Assembly: GCA_025786725.1 (NCBI GenBank)
Contig: JAHLTZ010000011.1
Span: 310,001 to 374,000 of the forward strand
DNA length: 64,000 bases
Reading direction: 5' to 3'
From: Syncephalis fuscata S228
Taxonomy: Eukaryota > Fungi > Zoopagomycota
Positions 10,989 through 20,877 of this stretch are shown in pieces; within the stretch, counting starts at the first letter, position 1, and each line of letters begins with the position of its first letter. The position numbers were made by a program, and so were the translations under genes. A model generated the notes under the pieces. The model had not been told where the DNA came from, made no database searches, and saw only the letters and a program-made list of their open reading frames with translations.

Positions 10989-13844
10989 TTATACTGTATT
11001 TACAAATAAAGATATTATATGCCATAATTAATGTATAAGCCATCAATATACAATAATACTTACTGCCTATTAATATTAAGTTATTGATACACATAATACA
11101 TGGTATATAATTAATTTATAAGCTGTCAATATACAATGCTACTTACGACCTATTAACATTAAGTTATTGATGCACATGGTGCATAACATTTAATTAGTGA
11201 GTAATCAATTAATATACAATACAACTTACATACTATTAGTATTAAGTCATTGATATACATGGTGCATAGTATAAATTAGCGCATATTTAGTTAATGCATA
11301 ATACAACTTACTGTCTATTATATTAAGTTGTTGATGTATACGACATATGATACATAATTAGTGAGTAGTCATTTAATAAAAATACAACATACTAGCTATT
11401 ATATTAAGTTGTTAAAAACAAAATACATAGTATATAATTAGCAAGAAGTTAATCGACACATAATACAACTTACGTCCTATTATATTAAATTATTTATACA
11501 TAAAGTACATGGTATAGAATTAGTGCATATCTAGTTAATACATAATGCTACTTACCGCCTATTAATATTGATTTGTTGATGCACACAATAAATAGCATGT
11601 GATTAGTGCATATTTAATTAACATACGATAAAACTTACAATCTATTAATATTAAATAGTTGGTATCATCAGCAAATAGCATAGTCAATGTATAGTCAGTT
11701 AATATATACTCTCACTTACTATCTATTAATAGTAAATAATTAGTATAATTAGTAAATAACAGGCAATGTATATTCAGTTAATACACAGTATCACTTACTG
11801 ACTATAAATATCAAACAATTGGTATAATCAGTAAATAGCACAGTTAATGTATAGTTAGTTAATGTATAATATTACTTACAGCCTATTAATATTAAACAAT
11901 TGATATAATCAGTAAATAGCATAGTTAATGTATAGTCAGTCAATATATACTTTCACTTACAAACTATTAATGTTAAACAATTGGTACAGTTAGTAAGTAG
12001 CATGATTAATGTATATTCATTTAATATACAATACTACTTACTAGCTATTAATATTAAATAATCAATACAATCATTAAATAACAGTTAATATATATTCGAT
12101 TAATATACAATACAACTTACAATCTATTAATATTAAATAATTGGTATCATCAGTAAATAGCATAGTTAATGTATAGTTAGTTAATATATAATGTCACTTA
12201 CAGGCTATTAATATTAAACAATTGATGCAGTTAGTAAGTAGCAGCTAATATATATATATAGTCAATTAATATACAATATCACTTACCGACTATTAATATT
12301 AAACAATTGATACAATCAATAAGTAGCATAGTTAATGTATAGTTAGTTAATGTACAATATCACTTACAATCTATTAATAGTAAATAATTGGTACAATCAG
12401 TCATTATTATAATTAGTGTATAGTCAGCTAATGTACAATATCACTTACGTTCTATTAATATTAAATAATTGGTACAATCAGTAAATAGCATGGATAATGT
12501 ATAGTCAATTAATATACAACATTACTTACGTTCTATTAATATTAAATAATTGGTACAATCAGTAAATAGCATGGCTAATTTAGTCAATTAATATACAATT
12601 TCACTTACCCTCTATTGATATTAAATAGTCGGCGCAATTAGTAAATGGCATGATTAATGTATAGTTGGTTAATATACAATATTACTTACTCTCTATTAAT
12701 ATTAAACAACCGGTACCAGCAATAAATAACATGTGATTAGTGAGTAATTAATTAATATGCAATACAACTTACGACCTATTAATATTAAGTTGTTGATGCA
12801 CATAATTCACAATATGTAATTAGCTAATAGTCAATTAATGTACAGTATAGCTTACATTCTATTAGTATTGTTATTAATATAGATGGTGCATGGATATAAT
12901 TAGTGAGTAATTAGTTAATATACATACAACTTACTAGCTTTATATTAAATAGTTGATGCACACAGTACACGGTATATAATTAATACATAGTCAATTAATA
13001 TACAATACAACTTACCAACTATTCCATTAAGTTATTGATACACATAGTGCATGATACATAATTAATTTATAAGCCAGCAACATCAAATACCACTTACTGC
13101 CTATTAGTATTAAGTTAATGATATACACAAGCATAATATATATTAGCTAATGCCCAATTATTATACAATATAACTTACATGCTATTAGTATTAAGTTATT
13201 GATATACACAACGCATGGTATAAAATTAGCGCATAGTCAGTTAATATATAATACGACTTACCAGCTATTAATATTAAATTGTTGATATACACAATACATG
13301 GTATATAATTAATTTATAAGTCATTAATATAAAATATCACTTACCGCCTATATAATATTAAGTCATTGATACACACAGTACACGGTATATGATTAATGCA
13401 TAGTCAATTAATATACAATATAACTTACAATCCGCTAATATTAAGTTATTGATGAATACAGTACACGACAAATAATTAGTATGCGTTCTATTGACATGCA
13501 ATACGACTTACGAGCTATTAATATTAAACAATCGATACAATTAGTAAATAGCATAATTAATGTATATTCAACTAATATATATTATCACTTACTGACTATT
13601 AATATTAAATAATTGATACCAGCAGTAAATAGCATAGTTAATGTATAGTCAATTAATATACAATACAACTTACCATCTATTATAATTATGATTTAGAAAT
13701 ACTGTTAGTAAACAAAATGTTATGACATATTTATTAATATTGCAACATACCACGACGAACTAAGGCTGGCTTAGCATCCACAATGGTTGTAGCGGCCACA
13801 AGCGCGACAACAATGGTGCAAACGGCAGCAATGGAAAGCTTCAT
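10989..13844 (-). CDS. Micro-exon gene encoding a 66-aa secreted Cys-rich prepropeptide (35 exons: 94-nt first coding exon, 33 micro-exons, terminal exon)
   Basis: Exon 1 13844-13751 (signal peptide + KPALVRR + G, donor GTATG); 33 AG|exon|GT units from 13676 to 11064; terminal acceptor CAG at 10996-10994, then A|TA TAA. Spliced ORF has no stops and gives C-x2-C-x3-C-x10-C-x3-C-x4-C. Confidence 0.88.
11059..13690. repeat. Tandem array of 33 units, period 79-85 bp (homologous introns, each with a micro-exon)
   Basis: Recurrent plus-strand CTTAC-NNN-CTATTAATATTAA; the central NNN differs between most units. Confidence 0.97.
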
Positions 13845-13979
13845 GGTGATATTGATTTGTTAAGACAAACAAATAAGAGAGATAATAGAGTGTGGTTGGT
13901 GTAAAGTGGAGAGTAGTGTGTTTAGTAAAAAGTAGAGTATGATGATGATATCGTAGTTGGATGTGTATATTTTGTGGGC

Positions 13980-13987
13980 TATTTATA
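13980..13987 (-). promoter_or_regulatory. TATA box (TATAAATA) of the micro-exon gene
   Basis: Canonical TATA ~136 nt upstream of the ATG at 13844, followed by a C/T/A-rich leader. Confidence 0.55.
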
Positions 13988-14189
13988 CTTACAGCTATGC
14001 TGAGATACTGGTATACTACAGTATACGAGATATACCATTGATGTGTAATATGAACCAATAAAGCAATCCAAATAATGGCTTGAGGTGCACATGTACCAAT
14101 AAATTCATGGCGTGACAGCATGCTTTCTAGTCTTGATTTCGACCTGCTCGGCATTTACACAAATGACACGGCAATTTTAATGAGCAGTG

Positions 14190-14592
14190 CATATGCAATA
14201 GAGATAGGCATATCATTCTATATTTTTTTGTTACAAGGTCTAACTATTTGGTAAAAACAAGTATATTGTTTGTTTTGTAAAAACGATAATGATGCCTTTA
14301 CTGTCGCTTCCACCGAATGACTCGGGTCCCAATATTTGCATGCATACAAAATAACACATAACCTGCCCGGTCTTTACTTCAATCTGCTACTCGTTTACAC
14401 GAATAACACAATAATGATCATAATCCAGTACATATGCGATAGATATAGGCATATTATCCTGTATTTTCTATTACACAATCTAACTATTTGGTGAAAACAA
14501 GTATATTGTTTGGTTTTGTAAAAACGATAATGATGTTTTATTGTCACTTCCATCAGATGACTCGGGCCCCAATATCTGCATGCATACAAATA
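14190..14592. repeat. Imperfect direct duplication of ~160 bp (14190-14351 and 14431-14592)
   Basis: TAACTATTTGGT(A/G)AAAACAAGTATATTGTTTG...ATGACTCGGG(T/C)CCCAATAT(T/C)TGCATGCATACAAA occurs twice, ~240 bp apart. Confidence 0.9.
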
Positions 14593-15669
14593 GTGTACAA
14601 TATTGACGCAAAAACAAGTTTAATGTATCAAACTAGTATTTTATACAGGTTTTTACTGCCATACATAAGCCAGCTGTAACTTTTTAAATTATAAAGTGTA
14701 TTGATTGGTACATGTATGCATTTCATTCGACACTATGCCCATTTTTATGGGGCAATCATTGCTTTGAATTCACAAATACAGCACATCAAGACATATTATG
14801 CCACATGCTGTGCAACTGCCATCATTCAAATGACGGCTAATCCAAATTACCTGAAATCGACTATACAATCAGTACTGTTTGTAGCATGATGCATCACAGC
14901 ATTTTGAGCAATAGAACATTCAACAAGTCATTTTCGTCATCAGTTTTCAAATGTAAACCAAATTTCATCGGCTAAATTACACACAATACAATATGCAGAC
15001 ACTAGTTAGACACAATAGAAAGTTCTGCTCAAATATCAGCAATTTCGAGTACATAATGTCAATGGATTGCATATAAACCGGTAATCATCCAAGGTCTAAG
15101 TGCTGCTTACATTTCTGAAACCAATCCCGACAAGTTAAACAAAATGGAATATAGAAGAACAAGTCAGAGCAGAAACCAATAGAAAAACTATTAGCAGCTT
15201 AAATGCTTACTGGTTTAATCTATAGCAAATCATTATAGCTATGCTAAGCTGAACTACATTTATCAAAAGTGGTTGTTACGGATGCGATTAGAACAGCAAC
15301 AATGTTAAACCGAGATAACTCACAGAAAACAGAGAGATGTAAATAAAATTGAATTAAGTTTAGTAGTCAAATAACTTATTATTGTCACTATACTTTATAA
15401 TTCTGGTTGTTTGTGCGGATAAATATTTACAATCACATTGTAACATCTTATATACTCACATTTACACGACCACCAACTAAGCCAACTATTATAAAGCTTA
15501 ATCTAATTATTTATCAGAGTAAACAGCTGATATTATACATTATTGCAATGATAGAAAAACAGATTAATTTCATTTATTGCTCATTAATAAAAGCTGTATA
15601 GCTACATATTAAAATAAAACAAAATATTGGATTGAGCGCATAATATTTATATGGTCATGTCATTTTTAC

Positions 15670-16400
15670 CTTGACTCCACATTTTTTATTCATTCATTTC
15701 ACTGATTTTTCTATTGCCATTTTATTTTTCTATTCAGTATTATATTATCCGATAATGCTGAATATAACAATATAAATAGCATGCGTATTTGAACAGCAAT
15801 AAAAAACACTATTTAATCCCTAGGCTTTATTTCTCTTATTTACATAACACCTGTTCAAGTAACCTCAACAACATGGCGTATATTCTGGTTACAACTGTCG
15901 CCACAAGATCTTTCTGGTGAAGACACTCAGTTTACCATTATTGCTATGATGAAGATCATTTGCTTTATCAATGATTGGCAAATAAACTGCGCCTACCAAG
16001 TTGATAGCAAGAATGCTCAAGAGAATGGTGAACATCAAAAATGCTAATCGTTCTTGCGAATATGCCCAAATGCAACATTAGAAAATTGGAAAATAAAAGA
16101 GCCCATTCAGACGCAACAATCCATGCTGTACATAGATGCAACAGTAACAAATGCGAAACGATATGGGATCGCGATCAATGGTTTCTATTAATATTTTATC
16201 AATTTTTCTACACATGGCCAACAATAATAATTGGCCTCAAATGATCCAAAGAAATCAAATACTATGTTACATTATTTACTTAAATGCTTAAAATAGCAGC
16301 TATCGATACAATGTTCTGTTACATTTAATTCTATTTTATGAAAATGATAATGTTATTATATTACATTAATGCTTATTGTAAATGATCATTTAAACACAAA
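15670..16400 (+). mobile_element. Internally deleted Fanzor/TnpB-like element relic (zinc finger plus RuvC-III end)
   Basis: Broken frames APTKLIARMLKRMV; PKCNIRKLENK...IHAVHRCNSNKCETIWDRD; after a shift MVSINILSIFLHMANNNNWP, matching the Fanzor W-N-R-D-x-M-A-S-x-N-I C-terminus. Confidence 0.65.
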
Positions 16401-16558
16401 TTAATCCAATCAACTCGTTAACTATTTAAATCATTACGATCGATTGCGTAAAATGATTTGCTGCCTTGGGGTATTAAAATAAATATCAATCAATCAAGAC
16501 ATCATAAATTTTTGTCTCTCTTATTTGATTTTACTTGTTTCTTTGATTTTGCCTTGTA

Positions 16559-16910
16559 ATGGATAGTATTAGCCCACAATGTACTCCGCTTAAGCGAGAG
16601 TATGAAGCCTGCTTTACAAAATGGTATCAAGAAAAGTTTCTTAAAGGTGACGCCTCTCCTGAATGTCAAGAACTATTTGTCAAGTATAAAAGCTGCGTCG
16701 AAGTAAGCTATTATGAATTAGTGTAGATTTACATATATAGCCAATTCTAATCTATACACAATTTATTATTAGGCAGCATTGAAGGAACGCAAGTTGGATA
16801 AAATGTTAGACGAAGCACGTAAAGAACATCCATTTGATTCAAAAGCTCGCCAAGAAGGTGGTGGTGAAGGTGATGCGTCTACTGGTAAACTTCGTAATAT
16901 GATAAAATAA
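16559..16910 (+). CDS. MDM35: Mdm35/TRIAP1 twin CX9C mitochondrial protein, 2 exons
   Basis: MDSISPQCTPLKREYEACFTKWYQEKFLKGDASPECQELFVKYKSCVE|AALKERKLDKML; intron 16703-16772. Confidence 0.93.
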
Positions 16911-17038
16911 ATAGTAAAATGAATCAATTAAACTTTAACAAAATGGTCAATTTAAAACACTAAAAACACTAATAATTATAGTAATAATAAATCATATTCA
17001 ACTTGAAATTTACTGGAATAATGGTCAAGAAATTGTTT

Positions 17039-19236
17039 TTACGTTGATAAAACAGATACTTCTGCAGATACTGCTGGTAATTCGCCCTGTATACGTTTGT
17101 TAGAGTGTGGACAGCGTAGAACCAGTTGCGTGGCGCCGCTTTCGCGTATAGTAACATCGAGGTAGACACGTTGGTTCTCATCGGTTGGTAATCCAAGATC
17201 GGCCAGTGTAAGTTGGGCAATAGCTCGGGTCTCGCCTGTGTTAGAGCGTTCATATAAGCGAACACGGCAATGTTCGGCACTTCGTTCGATCAAACGATGG
17301 CGTTTAACGGGTAGTGGTGTACCTGCTGGAATAATTGTTTCGAATCGATCGGCTGCATCAATAATACCAATTGCCTGTGAAAGATGTGGTACAGTGCTGG
17401 TTCCAGGTAGACACGCATAGCTGAACGGACAGCTGCATCAACTGTAGCGTTGACAGGTGTTGCTGTACCACTTGGTGCAGCACTAGGAGCAGCACTCGTC
17501 GCTGGCGTCTCTTCAGTACGTTTAGGCGTTGGTGCATTGGATGATTTAGGACCTTTACCGCCCTTGCCGCCCTTACCACTTTTACCTTTACCGCCCTTCT
17601 TGTTGCTACGTGACGGAGCAGGAGAGGCAGGTACCGGTGTAGAGGTGCCGCTTGCTTGTTGGCTTGTAGCCGGCGTTTCTTCTCTAGCTACAGCTGATTT
17701 ATCAGCTGGTAGAATCATTGATGCACATGCTGATGTATTGGCCAGTAGTGCGGCTTGAATAGCACAGCCAAGAGCGGCAGCTTCATCGGGTTCAACCTCG
17801 GTACGAATAATAACCTGGTCATTGGTTTTGTCTTGCTCTTCACTCGTAGCTGCAAACAGCTTGTTTAGCTGCGTGTGCAGTAATGGTAAGCGGGATGCAC
17901 CACCTAATAAAAGTATTTCATGCGGCTTTTGTGTGCCGTTGGCACCGTCCTTTGACCAGCCCACCAATGCAAGCACTTCGTTAACAATATCCATACAGCG
18001 TTGGACTAGTGGTGCAACTGCAGAATCGAATACAGCACGATGTACGTTAATATTAAGATCAATACCATCGGCAATTGACTCGACGGAGCAAGGTGCACTT
18101 GGACGCATACCAAGCGAACGGCGTGTTGCTTCACAGGCCAGTACAAGTTTGGCCACCGATCGTGGTCGATCGCTTAGATCAATGCGGTGACGACGTGTAA
18201 ATTCACGCTGTAAATGAGCAGCTAATGCACAATCAAGTGCACGTCCACCAAGACCAGTTTCGTTACGGGACACTAGGCGGGAGTAAAGACCGCCACGTAC
18301 ACCATAAGCATGAACACGTAGTGCAGTGCCGCCCAAATCTATTATTATACGATTGATGTCTGTAGATGCAGCCGTTGGCCGATTGACCGATGCATCAAAT
18401 GCTAATTGGGCTGCAGCAGGTTCACTAACAACTTGGTAGACAGCAAGACCGGCAAGCTGTGCCGCTTTACAAAGGCCGGCTCGCTGAGTTGGCGAAAAAT
18501 GAGCTGGATACGCAAGAACAGCACCGCTCACCGACTGACCAAGAGCAGATTCGGCACTTGAGCGCAATTGACGCAATACAATAGCCGTTACTTGTTCTGG
18601 AGAGTAATAGGTCGGTCCAGCTGCTTCTATTGGCTCACCATCATCATCCCATTGCTCTTCAGCAGGCACTTCAAATTTCAATTGGCCATCTTCTTCGGTT
18701 AGTGCAACTCGATTGCCATGGCCACGAAAAGCATCCACTGCCGGGTCTTCTATGCTATAATTATTTATATATTAGCACCACTATTCATGGGTGTAAATCA
18801 CACTGTTGACACCTACCTGGTACAGCCAAGAAGCTCATTAAAAGCAAGCGTGACACGATTTGGCTGGCGTACACTTAATTGTCTAGCCTGCACGCCAACC
18901 AACTAAATAAACATAAATGCAAAAATAAAAATAACATAACACAATATATAAGTGTCATTGCATTATCAATATATATTTGTCATTTACCTCCTCTGTACCA
19001 GAGAATGCCACATAGGCTGGCACCATGCGATCACCATCTTCATTGGCTACCAGCTGTGGCCGACCATCCTATTTGAACATAGTAAATATACTGTTCTATA
19101 GTTATTGTATATATAGATTGTATCTTACCTTATCAAGCACAGCGACTGAGGCGCGTAGCGTGCCCAAGTGAATACCAACGACATTAGTGCTTCCATCTAC
19201 GCCATTCGCGTTATTTAAAGTTGAAGTGTCAGCCAT
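17039..19236 (-). CDS. SSZ1: Atypical Hsp70 of the ribosome-associated complex (Ssz1/HSPA14-like), apparent frameshift near 17400-17440
   Basis: VVGIHLGT, ANEDGDRMVPAYVAF, VSEPAAAQLAF, IIIDLGG, LLLGGASRLP, EPDEAAALGCAIQA; C-terminal TVPHLSQAIGI...TIIPAGTPLP lies in a shifted frame. Confidence 0.8.
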
Positions 19237-19707
19237 AGCTAATAAACAAATTGCAACTAAAGCCTATTAGTTCAGTCAATAATAGTAAGTTTTTTAATGT
19301 TCAACTGTAGAAAGCAATCCTACCAAGGGTCTACTGTTCAACTACCGCGAAGAGAAAAAGAAAAGAAGATAGGTGTATGTAGTAATTTTTCTTTTTTTAT
19401 CATTTTTTTTGTGAATTGAATTTTTGAGTATCAACAACTCCGTCAATGTAAACCGGAATAGTGTACACATGTTTATAAATATAATGTTTGCACAAACTCC
19501 AATATATCTAATTATTTAATTAAATTAGTATCAAACTGAATGCGCAATTCACATTGTATTACATCCTTCATAATAAAATAACAAATATAGGTTAAAGCAT
19601 AATTTATTTAATTTGTATAACTACTGCGTTTATCTGTATATAGCATATGTAGATTGTAGCAATACTACATTTGACTAACTCAAATGGATTAAATCAACTG
19701 CGCCTGC

Positions 19708-20877
19708 TTATTTCCGATACATCGGCTTAATGTTTACAAAAGAACCTGTCGATTTGTCCGAAATACTTCTTCCATTAAATAATAAGCCCTCGGTATACAA
19801 TTCTACCGCTTGTCTTAGTTTGATAGTTCCAAAACCGGTCATAACAAGTACTTGATGAAAATAATATTTCATATTCTCATCATATTCCTGAGTGTTGAAT
19901 CTCGTGTTTTTCTTGTTGGACTCATATTTTGCATTGTATGTACCTTCAATACATCTGATAGTAACTTGAAACTTGTCGTTAAATACCACACCTAATCAAC
20001 TGTTAGACTATTAATAAATATACTATGTTTATAAAATTTACATTCAGGTTCAAGCTTATAGTACCATCCTAGCTTCTCTGCAAATAAAATACCTAATTTA
20101 TGGATACATTAGAGTTGGCAATAGCTATATTTAAAGCACGTACTTTTTCTCAATTGATTAATCAATATATAAATAGGCTGAATATTTTTTTGAAGTATTT
20201 TTCGAAATTCTGGTGAAGGAAACTGATAACTATTACCTGTGCTTTTAGTCATATAGCAAATATGTCCAGATTTTGGATTATATTCGTCGATAAAGCTAAA
20301 ATCAACACTACGAAAGATCGACTTGTCTTTCACTTGACTATACTGTGTATAAAGATCCTAGTATACATTTGTATGAATAATAATGGCGTATTTGTAATTG
20401 TATAAAATACCTGATAAAGCAAAAATTTCCTGTCCATAGACTTCCAATCCGACGGTTTTTCAACTGTTCTTATGGTTTTAGTTACGTGACCACATAGAAT
20501 GTCAATGGCTTGATCTGCTTGTCCATTTTTATCGAGAAGATATCCGGAAGCATAGGAAATTTCATTATTACTAGTACTGCTTTTTTCAAGTATTAGTTTA
20601 TAATTCCCAAATGCAATGTTCTGTCCCAGCGGATATCCATAAAAATCTTTGTTTTATTAATCATAATACAGTTAATCTAAAACTTAATAAAATAACATAG
20701 CTTACCTTTTTGCCGTTTAGTTTGCTTGGGTTTAAAATACAATGCAAGCTGTTGAGCACTGTCTTTAATACTGGATGGAAAGATTGCTTGCACTTTGGTA
20801 ATATCCTGGATACTTGACACGAGCAACAACGCGGCAGCAAAAGTGCTAATCGTAAATGTGTTGTGGAAAATCATCAT
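19708..20877 (-). CDS. Secreted protein, 5 exons, probable degenerate kinase fold (pseudokinase-like)
   Basis: Signal peptide (TFAAALLLVSS...VQA); exons join in frame; HICYMTK...LINQLRKSILFAEKLGWYYKLEPECVVFNDKFQVTI resembles the kinase hinge/alphaE/catalytic-loop region without HRD or DFG. Confidence 0.6.

Noticed and set aside
10765-11094. 109-aa ORF, and similar ORF 53233-53418, as a conserved protein
   Set aside because: It starts inside an intron and is out of frame with the spliced gene. The peptide similarity follows from DNA homology of the duplicated 3' region, and the two frames diverge after LHLVV.
10928-13676. Alternative phase-0 reading of the micro-exons, also open from the first trimer ATG (MSLRIALHALLNVRRNNISPILFASIIADLTYVAYNRWLQDISIGGAIEPLFQYI*)
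   Set aside because: Exon 1 supplies an upstream ATG and signal peptide and fixes phase 1. A 55-codon open alternative frame can arise by chance and has no recognisable motif. Ribosome profiling would be needed to revive it.
11059-13690. CRISPR array or plain satellite interpretation of the ~81-bp repeats
   Set aside because: Eukaryotic context, no cas genes, and the variable part is only 3 nt lying exactly between AG and GT. The spliced reading gives a coherent Cys-patterned peptide.
13771-14154. 127-aa ORF with a His/Cys-rich end
   Set aside because: Off-frame overlap of the promoter, 5' UTR and signal-peptide exon of the micro-exon gene.
17395-17445. Programmed ribosomal frameshift in SSZ1
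   Set aside because: No slippery heptamer seen, and similar single-base breaks in DCS1, ALG13 and the F-box gene point to sequence error.
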